A DNA stretch of 40,946 bases. Origin: Enterococcus phage vB_EfaS_785CS. The notes under the pieces were generated by a model. That model did not search any database. It worked only from the letters and a program-made list of their open reading frames with translations, and was not told the origin of the DNA. Both the position numbers and the translations under genes were made by a program. Of this stretch, positions 7,842 through 17,177 are shown piece by piece (position 1 is the stretch's first letter; each line of letters starts with the position of its first letter). Location of the stretch: the sequence record MZ182246.1. One strand, written 5' to 3'.

Positions 7842-8228
7842 GTGGTTCAAACCATGGGAAGAGAAGCTAACTTTAGTAGAGAAGTTGTAAAGTATTTGAA
7901 GAGTAGAGGTGCATTAGTAAACGTCAATACAGCAAACATATACGACCGCGTTGGTAGAAGTGACATTGAAGCATGCTACAGAGGGTATTGGATTAGTTTA
8001 GAATTAAAGGTAGGTAACTACCAACCAGACCAATTACAAATTAGATACTTGCAGGAGGTTAGAACGGCTGGTGGATATGGCATATTATTAAGAGATACAC
8101 TAGATGATTTAGAGGACCTATTACTTCACTTAGACCAGATGGATAATGGTGTGGAATATCCATACACATATGAACAACCAGATTTGCCAGAAATAAATTA
8201 TGAGGAGTTGAATATTGAATATGACTGA
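7842..8228 (+). CDS. VRR-NUC-like (PD-(D/E)xK) nuclease
   Basis: The block D..EACYRGYWISLELKVGNYQPDQLQIRYLQEVRTAGGYGILL resembles the VRR-NUC core (D..E.K plus Q motif). Confidence 0.45.
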   Translation: MVQTMGREANFSREVVKYLKSRGALVNVNTANIYDRVGRSDIEACYRGYWISLELKVGNYQPDQLQIRYLQEVRTAGGYGILLRDTLDDLEDLLLHLDQMDNGVEYPYTYEQPDLPEINYEELNIEYD

Positions 8229-8238
8229 AGAAAAGTAA

Positions 8239-8394
8239 GTGAAAGTTATAGATATTGCAACAGGTGAGTGTAATGTTTATGATTCAATAACGGAATGTGA
8301 AAGACAGACAGGAGTTAATAGAGGAACTATTTGGAATTGTCTAAAAGGTAGACGAAAACAAGCAGGAGGGTACGTATTCAAATATGCAAACTAA
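8239..8394 (+). pseudogene. decayed C-terminal remnant of a NUMOD4/HNH_3 homing endonuclease
   Basis: Open frame with no start codon. It translates to VKVIDIATGECNVYDSITECERQTGVNRGTIWNCLKGRRKQAGGYVFKYAN, which matches the C-terminal DNA-binding tail of the intact HNH genes at 19804-20334 and 39943-40455 (…IKAIDI.NGE.NEY.S..ECAR.L.L…I..CL.G.R...GGY.F.Y). Confidence 0.55.
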
Positions 8395-9682
8395 AATAGG
8401 AGAGGTAGAACTTCTACCTCATCAAATAGAAGCAATTAAATTATCTGATAAAAAGAATTTTGACCTATCATCTGCCGGAACTGGTAAGACTTTTTCAGCA
8501 CTTGGTGCTTACTTGAAAAGTGGTTGTACTAAATTACTAGTGGTTTGCTTAGCACCAAAAGTACAAGATTTTGCAGAAGACGGAGCATTAATGAATCTTA
8601 ACATTACGCCTTTAAATAATGGTACAAAGAAAAATAAAGAATTATTAGCCAGTTCAACCAGAGTAGCAATCAGTTTTGAGAGTAGTTGGCGTTTAACAGA
8701 ACTGGTAAAATGGGTTGATAAAGATACCTATATATTAATTGACGAAAGTCATAAAGTAGGAGTGAGTACCTCAAAAGTAACAAAATTTATGATGAGTTTA
8801 TGTAAAAAGACAACTCATGTTAGACTATTAACTGCAACACCTATCAGCAATGGCAAATTAGAGAACTATTATAGTCAGCTTTATATGTTAAACGTATTTC
8901 GCAAGCCTAAAAAAGAATTTGAGCAACTATTTGTTATTAAGCAAATGCGTCAGATGGGGTCACTAAGGTTTATGGATACGGTGGGTTATCAGAATGAACA
9001 TTTATTACAACAAATGATTGATGAATGTTCTGTAAAATTCAAACGTGACAAGCCATATCTTCCAGAAGACTATTACTACAAGACAAAAAAACCCGCAATG
9101 TATGCTAAATTGAAAAAGAACCGCATGTACAAAACCGATAGTGGTGAAGTGATTGAACTAGATAATAGTAGTAAACTATTTAACGCAATGCGCTGCGTGT
9201 CACATGGTTTCTTATTAGGAATCAATAAACAGGTAAGCAAAGAACCATTTGAACGCTTACAAGCTATTTTAGAAACACACAACAATGAACGAGTAGTTAT
9301 CTTTTACAACTACAATGTAGAGCTTGAAATGCTGAAACAATTACTAAGTAAGTTAAAACGCCCTACAAGCGAATATAATGGCACTAGAAAGGATTTAAAA
9401 GAGTTCAAAGGTAAATCTAACGCAGTAGTCCTAGCGCATTATAAGTCAGCTTCTACGGGCATAAATGACTTCGTCATAGCGAATATTATGGTGTTTAACA
9501 GTTTACCATTAAGTTCAGTTGAATTAATACAAGCTAAAGCACGTATAGACAGACATGGTCAAACAGAGAAACCCATTTACTATTTCATTGTTCCAGACAC
9601 ACCAGTAGAGAAAAAGATTTTTGAAACAGTAACAAATGGTCAAGACTTTACTAATGAAATGATGGAGGATATATTAAAATGA
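8384..9682 (+). CDS. SNF2/DEAD-like superfamily-2 DNA helicase
   Basis: Walker A SAGTGKT, DESH box (ILIDESHK), LLTATPISN, and the C-terminal helicase motifs STGINDF and ARIDRHGQ. Confidence 0.75.
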   Translation: MQTKIGEVELLPHQIEAIKLSDKKNFDLSSAGTGKTFSALGAYLKSGCTKLLVVCLAPKVQDFAEDGALMNLNITPLNNGTKKNKELLASSTRVAISFESSWRLTELVKWVDKDTYILIDESHKVGVSTSKVTKFMMSLCKKTTHVRLLTATPISNGKLENYYSQLYMLNVFRKPKKEFEQLFVIKQMRQMGSLRFMDTVGYQNEHLLQQMIDECSVKFKRDKPYLPEDYYYKTKKPAMYAKLKKNRMYKTDSGEVIELDNSSKLFNAMRCVSHGFLLGINKQVSKEPFERLQAILETHNNERVVIFYNYNVELEMLKQLLSKLKRPTSEYNGTRKDLKEFKGKSNAVVLAHYKSASTGINDFVIANIMVFNSLPLSSVELIQAKARIDRHGQTEKPIYYFIVPDTPVEKKIFETVTNGQDFTNEMMEDILK

Positions 9683-9855
9683 ATGAATTAAAATAAGTAA
9701 ACGTGAACTTTATGACTGGTAAAGATAATAGAAATTACTTAATTTCTAATGTTAAATATGTAAATATCACAGATGATTATTTAGAAATTAGTTTTGGTGA
9801 TTCAGAAATATTCGTATTAAAATTAGAGAACTTAGTGTTTTATTCAATTAAATAG

Positions 9856-9884
9856 TTGACAACTACTATACTACATGGTATAGT
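9856..9884 (+). promoter_or_regulatory. promoter TTGACA-N17-TGgTATAGT within a palindrome
   Basis: ttgaca at 9856-9861, tatagt at 9879-9884. Inverted repeat actactatac / gtatagtagg. Confidence 0.5.
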
Positions 9885-9917
9885 AGGTACATAAGATAAA
9901 GAGAGGAAGTTATAACA

Positions 9918-10115
9918 ATGTTTACAAATGAAGATAAATTACAAGAATGGTACAAACACACATATACAGACTATATTAAAAGCTGGTTCTGTCTATTATT
10001 AATCATGTTTCTAGGAGCTTGCTTTATATTCAAATTTATTGACACTACAGACACTTGGGGCGCGGAAGAGATTGACCACAATGGTCAAGTAGTAACTATC
10101 AGTAAAGACTTTTAA
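9918..10115 (+). CDS. small membrane protein
   Basis: One TM segment (WFCLLLIMFLGACFIF). Confidence 0.5.
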   Translation: MFTNEDKLQEWYKHTYTDYIKSWFCLLLIMFLGACFIFKFIDTTDTWGAEEIDHNGQVVTISKDF

Positions 10116-10128
10116 GGAGGAAATTAAG

Positions 10129-10317
10129 ATGTATATTGTAAATATTATTGATTTTGAAACCATGGTACTAGCTTACCAATCAGAGGTATTCACTACCAAA
10201 GAGTTAGCAGAAGATTATATGGGAGAAGTGATGGAGAATACACATGGACTTGATGGACTAATTATTGAAGTAAGTAGCACTAATTTAGAAACAGCTAAGA
10301 TTGTAGCACATTCATAG
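10129..10317 (+). CDS. hypothetical protein
   Basis: aaggaggaaattaagATG. Confidence 0.5.
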   Translation: MYIVNIIDFETMVLAYQSEVFTTKELAEDYMGEVMENTHGLDGLIIEVSSTNLETAKIVAHS

Positions 10318-10329
10318 GAGGAATAAATA

Positions 10330-11073
10330 ATGGAATTATTAAGACTTAAAAAGAATGGGAAAGCACCGTTAGTTGCTGGTTCATTTAATGGTGAAGATAA
10401 AGCAGAAGTTAAGAAGTGGGTTGCAGAAGGATACAACTATGGGATTCTCACAGGTAAGATTTCAGGTATTGCAGTAATTGATATTGATACTCACAACGGG
10501 GTTAGTGGTGCTGATAACCTCAAAGAGTTTTGCGAAAAGTATGATATTGAGTTACCAGACACTAAAACAGTTATGACACCAAGTGGTGGGCTTCATCTGT
10601 ATTACAACCTACCTGAAAAATATAATGATGTGCAATTCATTCAGAACCACAAGGAACTTGAAGGTGTTGACTTCCAAACACATGGACGCTACATTGTTGG
10701 GTGGGGTTCAACTATTGATGGTGTAAAATATGAAGTGATTGACAATTCACCAATTGCAGACCTACCTGTAAAATGGTTTGATATTTTCACAGATAAAACA
10801 ATTCAGAAAAAGAATAAAAAACGCCAAAGACTTTGGACTGCAAATTTATTAGGTGATATAATTGCGGGCTGTGATGAAGGAGGAAGAAATAACTGGATAA
10901 CCAAAATAATTGGTAAGTTGTTTGCCACTGGTTTAGAAAATGAAGAAATTTGGGTGTGGGCACAATATGTAAACCAAATTGGGTGCAACCCACCACTTGA
11001 CGGAACAGAGTTGAAACGCACCTATGATTCAGTTAAAAAACGAGAAGAACGGAGAATGGCAAAAGATGAATAA
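10330..11073 (+). CDS. bifunctional DNA primase/polymerase (Prim-Pol) N-terminal domain protein
   Basis: GILTGKISGIAVIDIDTHNG...TPSGGLHLYY matches the Prim-Pol catalytic core (DxD and SGG.H). Confidence 0.7.
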   Translation: MELLRLKKNGKAPLVAGSFNGEDKAEVKKWVAEGYNYGILTGKISGIAVIDIDTHNGVSGADNLKEFCEKYDIELPDTKTVMTPSGGLHLYYNLPEKYNDVQFIQNHKELEGVDFQTHGRYIVGWGSTIDGVKYEVIDNSPIADLPVKWFDIFTDKTIQKKNKKRQRLWTANLLGDIIAGCDEGGRNNWITKIIGKLFATGLENEEIWVWAQYVNQIGCNPPLDGTELKRTYDSVKKREERRMAKDE

Positions 11074-11275
11074 CATGCATATGTTTAGAAAATTGTTCCC
11101 AAACGGTTGGGTTGTTGATGTAAAGCACAACCCAGATGGATTTGGTGAGATGTATACTACAAACTACCCCTATTCAGTAATTACCTACAAACGTGACACT
11201 GGTTTCACGAAATTCGTAAACATTGAAAAACCAAGTGAAGTATTCCAATACATTGCAGAAGTACAAAAATGGTAA
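11066..11275 (+). CDS. hypothetical protein
   Basis: Start chosen at the ATG at 11066 (ggaga 10 nt upstream) rather than the track's 11024. Confidence 0.45.
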   Translation: MNNMHMFRKLFPNGWVVDVKHNPDGFGEMYTTNYPYSVITYKRDTGFTKFVNIEKPSEVFQYIAEVQKW

Positions 11276-11378
11276 ACAAAAAAAAAAGCCAACTCATAAG
11301 AGTTGACCTAAGATAGTTGAAGGTGGGAGGAATCACCTTTGCTATAAATATATTATAACATAAAATTAAAGTTTTGTG

Positions 11379-11407
11379 TTGACAAATAAACGTCAATATG
11401 ATAGAAT
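11379..11407 (+). promoter_or_regulatory. promoter TTGACA-N17-TGaTAGAAT
   Basis: ttgaca at 11379-11384, tagaat at 11402-11407. Confidence 0.45.
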
Positions 11408-11437
11408 AATATTATAAAACATTAGGAGGAATTAATT

Positions 11438-11944
11438 ATGAAAGTACAAGATGGAATGGTAGTAAAACGCAAAGACAACGGTTTAAAAGGTGTAGCACAT
11501 AAACTTCAAGGTGGTATGTTGAAAGTCAAATATCATGACGGAACACACACATATACTACAGAGAGTGCTTTTAAAAACCATTTTGTTATTCCTGAATTAG
11601 AAGTTAATTTTGAAGATTCAAAATGTGATGGTGTTGAACCTGAACAAGAAAAAAGTATGACATATGATGAGTACTTATACATGTCAGGTGGTGTTGAACC
11701 TGATGTAGAAGTTTATTTTGAATCAGATTTGATTGACAATCAAATTCATTACACAGTTAACGGTATTCAACCAATTCAAATAATGAAAGCTAACATGACA
11801 AAAGAAGAATTCCGTGGTTTCCTAGAAGGAAATATTCTAAAATACCCACTACGTTATAAACACAAAAATGGACTAGAGGACCTTAAAAAAGCAAAAACTT
11901 ACCTAACTTGGCTGATTGAAGATATTGAAGAAAGAGGGTTGTAA
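11438..11944 (+). CDS. hypothetical protein (C-terminus reminiscent of DUF3310/T7 gp1.7-like proteins)
   Basis: ttaggaggaattaattATG RBS. The C-terminal KYPLRYKHKNGLEDLKKAKTYLTWLIE block is reminiscent of DUF3310. Low certainty. Confidence 0.5.
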   Translation: MKVQDGMVVKRKDNGLKGVAHKLQGGMLKVKYHDGTHTYTTESAFKNHFVIPELEVNFEDSKCDGVEPEQEKSMTYDEYLYMSGGVEPDVEVYFESDLIDNQIHYTVNGIQPIQIMKANMTKEEFRGFLEGNILKYPLRYKHKNGLEDLKKAKTYLTWLIEDIEERGL

Positions 11945-12147
11945 TATGGAAAATGTGAGAGTGATTAATATACCATTGGAAAATATAAAACTATACATGT
12001 ACTATGTAATTTAAACAATGCTGATTATTTGGAGGTAACAAAATACCCAGATGGTGATATAGTGGTAAGTATGGATACTAATATCCCAGAAGGTGATATT
12101 ATTTTAACCATTGAGCAATTAGAAAAATTAGTAGAGGAGTTAAAGGA

Positions 12148-12627
12148 ATGATTGAAAAATTTGAACCATTGTTTGAACCGTACGACCGTTACGCAGTTTC
12201 AAACATGGGATATGTAATAGACCGTGACACTGGTTTAACGGTCTGGAACTCATATGAGGATAACGGCAAACCATACGTAGTCTTAGAAGGCTCACACAAT
12301 AAGACACGTAAGTTTTTTATTGCTAACTTAGTAGCTGAATCATTCGTACTAAATAAAGACAATCTAGGCTACCTATATTATAAAGATGGTGATGTTAACA
12401 ACACACACTGCAACAACCTTGGGTGGGCTATTAACCCACAAGAAGGCAAACAACGTGTTGCACGTCCACTGCGCAAAAAAGTAGAGGATAAACGTCATAA
12501 ATTAATTATTGAAATTAATAAAGCGATTGACAAGGATAAGTGGGATACTGCTAAACGACTTGGTAAAGAACTTTGGGAATTAGAGGGCTTTAGTTGGGAA
12601 GGGAGGAATACACCAGCTCAATATTAG
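12148..12627 (+). CDS. HNH/NUMOD-like homing endonuclease, possibly degenerate
   Basis: YAVSNMGYVID, ...FFIANLVAESFV... and VNNTHCNNLGW resemble the HNH_3 layout but with substitutions at catalytic positions. It lies in tandem with an intact HNH gene. Confidence 0.45.
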   Translation: MIEKFEPLFEPYDRYAVSNMGYVIDRDTGLTVWNSYEDNGKPYVVLEGSHNKTRKFFIANLVAESFVLNKDNLGYLYYKDGDVNNTHCNNLGWAINPQEGKQRVARPLRKKVEDKRHKLIIEINKAIDKDKWDTAKRLGKELWELEGFSWEGRNTPAQY

Positions 12628-12639
12628 GAGGGATATATT

Positions 12640-13158
12640 ATGAAAGAAGAATGGATAGATATTAAAGGATATGAGGGTTTATATCAGGTTAGTAACTTAG
12701 GTAGAGTTAAAAGTTTAAAAAGAACAACTAATAATTATTCATGTTATACTGACAAGATATTAAAACCCTCGTTTAATAAGAAAGGTTATTTACAGTTACA
12801 CTTATGTAAAGATAAATGTAATAAGACATGTAGAGTTCACCGCCTAGTAGCAGAAGCATTTATACCAAACCATGAAAATAAACAACAAGTAAACCATATT
12901 GATGAAGATAAAACAAATAACGTGGTTTCAAATCTTGAATGGGCTACAACCAAAGAGAATGTAAACCACGGTACAAGAACATCAAGGATGGTTATCACTA
13001 ATTCAATACCAATAGTAGCAATCAAAGATAATATAAAACTAGAATTTAAAAGTCAAAAACATTGTGCGATAGAACTTGGATTGTCAACAGGACATATCAG
13101 CCAATGTTTGAGTGGAAAAAGAAAAACACATGGAGGTTGGAAATTTGAGCGGATTTAA
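12640..13158 (+). CDS. HNH homing endonuclease (NUMOD4 + HNH_3)
   Basis: WIDIKGYEGLYQVSNLGRVKS (NUMOD4). VHRLVAEAFIPN...VNHIDEDKTNNVVSNLEWAT..EN (HNH_3). Confidence 0.85.
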   Translation: MKEEWIDIKGYEGLYQVSNLGRVKSLKRTTNNYSCYTDKILKPSFNKKGYLQLHLCKDKCNKTCRVHRLVAEAFIPNHENKQQVNHIDEDKTNNVVSNLEWATTKENVNHGTRTSRMVITNSIPIVAIKDNIKLEFKSQKHCAIELGLSTGHISQCLSGKRKTHGGWKFERI

Positions 13159-13927
13159 CTATGATATTCATTACACAGGTAGTAAAGGAAATTCAGTATC
13201 AATATATACTAATCAATTTAATATATTAGTTGATGCAGGTAAGCCTTACAAATTTATAGAGCCATTACTATATGAAAAACATTTTTTAATATTTACCCAT
13301 AGACACGGGGACCATTTCAAGCCAGCTGTTTATAAGAAGATTCGTGAAAACTTTCCAAACATTAAAATTTTAGCTAATGAAGAAGTAAGTAATCTAATGT
13401 TTGAAAAAACAAAAATTCCAGCTGATGTTGTTTTTAGTGATAACTTTCAGTTTCAAATTGGTACAATGAAATTCACAACTATCCAGAACTATCATGGTGC
13501 TGGTGAAGAATTAGTTGACTGTCATGGATTAATTATTGAAGATATTGAATCTTGTGAAGTATTATTATATGCAACTGATTTAAGTACTACAATTGATTAT
13601 CAGGAATATTTAGATAAAAACTCTTTACAAGTAGACTACTGTCTGTTAGAATCTAATTACAACCCTTTAGTAATTGAATTTTATGAATCAACAAAAGCAC
13701 ATACTGGCTTTGATATTTTTAGTAACGGTTCATATCGTCACTTAGCTTCAACTGAACATAAAGAATTTACAGAAAAGTATTGCAAACCAGGTTCAATTGT
13801 GGTACCATTACACCAAAGCGAAACATATTCAACTTTTGAAGGACTAATCAAACGTACTAAAAAAGATGAAAACAGATTGACAATGGAGGACGTAGAAGAA
13901 TGGAAACAGAAAAATCAATTAACCTAA
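13145..13927 (+). CDS. metallo-beta-lactamase-fold hydrolase
   Basis: HRHGDH (HxHxDH) motif. The start is uncertain: a TTG at 13145 lies 8 nt after ggagg, and alternative ATGs sit at 13112 and 13130. Confidence 0.6.
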   Translation: MSGFNYDIHYTGSKGNSVSIYTNQFNILVDAGKPYKFIEPLLYEKHFLIFTHRHGDHFKPAVYKKIRENFPNIKILANEEVSNLMFEKTKIPADVVFSDNFQFQIGTMKFTTIQNYHGAGEELVDCHGLIIEDIESCEVLLYATDLSTTIDYQEYLDKNSLQVDYCLLESNYNPLVIEFYESTKAHTGFDIFSNGSYRHLASTEHKEFTEKYCKPGSIVVPLHQSETYSTFEGLIKRTKKDENRLTMEDVEEWKQKNQLT

Positions 13928-14053
13928 CACAAACAGACTTTCTGAACATTATTGACATGATGAATAGTTACATTATTAAAGTTGGTTATGATAATGTAGG
14001 TGAACCATTTAAAGAAACAATCAAAAAGATTATTGAAGCGGAGGAAAATTTTT

Positions 14054-14236
14054 ATGAATAATGAACAAATGAGTTATAAAATGTTACTAATGTTAGACTA
14101 TGGTTTTACTGTAAATGACCTACTAAACACATTAGAGGAACGAACGGACCTAATTAAAATGGGGTTCACATTTAACGAGATTTTCAAAGCTAAGTGGTTA
14201 CGATTAAAGGCGGAGGACGAACGCAATGGAATTTGA
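14054..14236 (+). CDS. hypothetical protein
   Basis: ggagga at 14041-14046, 7 nt before the ATG at 14054. Confidence 0.45.
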   Translation: MNNEQMSYKMLLMLDYGFTVNDLLNTLEERTDLIKMGFTFNEIFKAKWLRLKAEDERNGI

Positions 14237-15044
14237 AATTGCAATTAAAACCAATGGTGTTCAGTCAATCGAATTTGCAGACTATGAAAAAATACTAAAT
14301 GACGCACAGAAGTTGGCTGATAAAATGAAAGAGCAAGACGTTACAGAAGAAACAATCAAAGAGAATAAAAAACTAGTAGCTACAATCAATAAACGAATCA
14401 GAGAGCTAGACACACAACGTAAACTAGTGAAAAGTGAAATCATGACACCTTATGAGGAACTAAACGAAAAAATACAGACATTAAAAGATGTATTGAAGGA
14501 AGGTATAGAACATGTTAATGTACAAATTAAAACGTTCAACGAGCAAGAACAAAAAGAACGTACATTACAAATTGAAGAACTTTTCAATAAGTACCACGCT
14601 TCATATAATGCGCCACAATGGCTATCTTTTGATAAGTTCATTGCCAAAAATAGAAGCTTAGTAACTAACAAAGCAACGTCACAAAAGACAATCACACAAG
14701 CGGTTGTAATGTATTTTGAACTGTTTAAACAAGACTATTCAGACTTGAAAGAAGAGGTAACAGATAAAGATGACCGTATGGCAATACTTATTGCATATTC
14801 AAGAAATGGTTTCAATATGAGTGAAGCTATTGAAGAGTTTAAAGAAATGAAGTCAGAACGTGAACGACTGGAAGCTGAACAACAACGAGTAAGAGAAACG
14901 AAAGTTCCTGAAATTGTAATTTTAACAGGAAATGAAGATAAAGTTGTTGACAAACCAGTTGAAGTGAGTTATACTTGTATTAAGGTTAAGACATCAGATT
15001 TAGCCAAACTTAAAAAATTAGGTATTGAATGGGAGGAAATGTAA
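14226..15044 (+). CDS. coiled-coil protein (possible recombination/replication accessory)
   Basis: 272 aa, E/K-rich heptad content. Confidence 0.5.
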   Translation: MEFEIAIKTNGVQSIEFADYEKILNDAQKLADKMKEQDVTEETIKENKKLVATINKRIRELDTQRKLVKSEIMTPYEELNEKIQTLKDVLKEGIEHVNVQIKTFNEQEQKERTLQIEELFNKYHASYNAPQWLSFDKFIAKNRSLVTNKATSQKTITQAVVMYFELFKQDYSDLKEEVTDKDDRMAILIAYSRNGFNMSEAIEEFKEMKSERERLEAEQQRVRETKVPEIVILTGNEDKVVDKPVEVSYTCIKVKTSDLAKLKKLGIEWEEM

Positions 15045-15299
15045 ATGAAAGAATTACCAATGTGGAGCTTGCATACCTTAGACGGAAAGTATGAGGTAGA
15101 GTTTATTAATGGTATTGCAACTTATGGAGAGAGTTTTGTAAAGATTGACGATATTGAACTTGGGTTATTAGAATTTAACATCACACAGAACAAAGATGAA
15201 TACACGTTAAAAGGTGTGGTATATTATTCATATGGAGATACGGAACCGATTAATATTTTCATTAATTACAAAAAACATTACATTATTTTAGGCGTTTAG
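15045..15299 (+). CDS. hypothetical protein
   Basis: Coupled (taaATG). Confidence 0.5.
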   Translation: MKELPMWSLHTLDGKYEVEFINGIATYGESFVKIDDIELGLLEFNITQNKDEYTLKGVVYYSYGDTEPINIFINYKKHYIILGV

Positions 15300-15309
15300 G
15301 GTTGCACAA

Positions 15310-15338
15310 ATTAGGGAAAGTATGTTATACTATTTAAG
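15310..15338 (+). promoter_or_regulatory. promoter TTGCAC-N17-TGtTATACT
   Basis: Read directly from the sequence. Confidence 0.35.
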
Positions 15339-15376
15339 TAGTAAAAAATAAAACAAATTATTGGAGGAATTTTATT

Positions 15377-16084
15377 ATGTCAGAATTACAAAAATTAGTT
15401 ATCGTGAGTGTAGAGGATTCAGAAATTTCAACTAAGTTACAAGTTGCAAAGGAAGATTATTCAGCAATGTTTGATGCAGTAGCATACAAACAGCAATACA
15501 ACAAAGATACTGAAAAATGGGAAGATTCAGAAGAAGCTATGAAAAAATATAATGAAGCACTAGAAGTTGCTGGTGGCTCATTTGAAGAAGATAACACTAT
15601 TGAGTTATACGTTGATGAACAAACAGGTAAAGCATACTTTACAGAAGGCTCCGGTTTTATCAAAATTGAGAAACCACTGGTTAGCTTAAAACGTATTAAG
15701 AAAGCACCTATTGTTGCAATTCAAGATTCACCTAAAGGACGTGCAGTAATTATTGAACATAAAGGTAAGCACTACGCATTCAACTTCAACACTGGTGTGT
15801 GGGTTGCTAAAAAAGAAATGTTCATTCCTAACATGGCTAAACTTGGAAAAGCAAAAGTGCGTTTCAATGAATTATTTGAAGATGTTGGTGTGGAATGGGA
15901 CACAGCAGAAAAAGCGGTTGGAATGGTTGTTGATGTTACAGTTAATAAAAATCAATTAGACCCAACAAGCAACGTTGGTTGGTTAGAAGCATTACCTCTT
16001 GACCCAGAGGACCAACCAGAACAAAAACCAGTTAAAGAAGTTTATCACTCAATTGACATTACAGCTGATGATTTACCATTCTAA
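15377..16084 (+). CDS. SSB-like protein with acidic C-terminal tail
   Basis: The C-terminus ...DPEDQPEQKPVKEVYHSIDITADDLPF mimics the DDDIPF-type acidic tail of SSBs. Confidence 0.4.
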   Translation: MSELQKLVIVSVEDSEISTKLQVAKEDYSAMFDAVAYKQQYNKDTEKWEDSEEAMKKYNEALEVAGGSFEEDNTIELYVDEQTGKAYFTEGSGFIKIEKPLVSLKRIKKAPIVAIQDSPKGRAVIIEHKGKHYAFNFNTGVWVAKKEMFIPNMAKLGKAKVRFNELFEDVGVEWDTAEKAVGMVVDVTVNKNQLDPTSNVGWLEALPLDPEDQPEQKPVKEVYHSIDITADDLPF

Positions 16085-16103
16085 AAATAAACAAACAAAA
16101 CCC

Positions 16104-16132
16104 TTGACTTATGTTAGGGGTTTTGTTATTAT
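16104..16132 (+). promoter_or_regulatory. terminator hairpin (aaaaccc..ggggtttt) overlapping a promoter (TTGACT-N17-TATTAT)
   Basis: Read directly from the sequence. Confidence 0.4.
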
Positions 16133-16154
16133 ATACATATAGGAGGGAATGACA

Positions 16155-16379
16155 ATGAAAAACACATTTAATGTAGGTAATTATGTAGAACTTAAAAATG
16201 ACAATCACAATGGTATTGGTAACAAAGGTGATAAAGTATATATCATAGCTAAGTTATTTAAACCAGTTGATGGTGTAGAACTTATCTGTAGATTTGCAAA
16301 TGGTGCCACAGAGGGTTTCTTACAACGTGAGTTGAAATTAGCAACAAAAACACTTGACAGAATTGTAATTGTAAAGTAA
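16155..16379 (+). CDS. hypothetical protein
   Basis: Start at the second ATG (ggaggg 7 nt upstream). Confidence 0.5.
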   Translation: MKNTFNVGNYVELKNDNHNGIGNKGDKVYIIAKLFKPVDGVELICRFANGATEGFLQRELKLATKTLDRIVIVK

Positions 16380-16413
16380 AATAATAGTATAAACAAATTG
16401 GAGGAATTAATAG

Positions 16414-17142
16414 ATGAAATATGTAGGAAGTAAAAATAGACTTAGTAAAGAGTTAGCACCAATCATTCAATCATATATCAACGATAATACAGTTGCATAT
16501 ATTGAGCCATTTGTAGGTGGAGCAAATATGATTGATAAAATTAAACACCATAATAAAATAGGTAGTGACTTACACAAGGAATTAATTGCATTGCATAGAT
16601 TCAATAGAGATTACAGTGATAAATTACCACACACAATCACAGAAGAACAATATCTAAGTGTTAAAAACAACAAGACTGCGTACCCTGATTATTACATTGG
16701 TTTAGTTGGTTTTTGTGCAACATTTGGTGCCAAATACTTTGGTGGATATGCTAGAGGATATAAACCAGATGGAGTAACACCACGTGACCTACCTAATGAA
16801 GCAATACGAAATTTACAAAAGCAATCACCAAGTATTCAAGGAATTACATTTGAATGTAAGTCATTTACTGATTACAAGCCATCTGAATATAAAAATTGTG
16901 TGTTCTACTTAGACCCACCATATAGAAAAACACTATCATATTCAACAGGTGGTTTTCCATATGAAGAATTTGATAAATGGGCTATAGAGTTAGCAAAAAA
17001 CAACACTGTATTAATAAGTGAATATGAACTACCTGAAGATAAATTTGAATGTATCTGGAGTAAAGATGTTAAGGTTGGTATTAGTGGTCAAGGGGATATA
17101 AAAAACAAAAAAAGAGTTGAAAAATTATTTAAAGTACGTTAA
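16414..17142 (+). CDS. dam: DNA N6-adenine methyltransferase (Dam-like, D12 class)
   Basis: IEPFVGGANM (motif I, FxGxG) and FYLDPPY (motif IV, DPPY). Confidence 0.85.
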   Translation: MKYVGSKNRLSKELAPIIQSYINDNTVAYIEPFVGGANMIDKIKHHNKIGSDLHKELIALHRFNRDYSDKLPHTITEEQYLSVKNNKTAYPDYYIGLVGFCATFGAKYFGGYARGYKPDGVTPRDLPNEAIRNLQKQSPSIQGITFECKSFTDYKPSEYKNCVFYLDPPYRKTLSYSTGGFPYEEFDKWAIELAKNNTVLISEYELPEDKFECIWSKDVKVGISGQGDIKNKKRVEKLFKVR

Positions 17143-17177
17143 GATAGTAGTATAAACAAATTGGAGGAATTAAACAT

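Noticed and set aside
11276-11330. Hairpin gccaactc-ataa-gagttggc preceded by an A10 run between two rightward genes.
   Set aside because: The U-run lies on the minus strand, so as an intrinsic terminator it is oriented for leftward transcripts, although no leftward gene is nearby. It may block antisense read-through or be a weak bidirectional terminator. It was not called as a feature.
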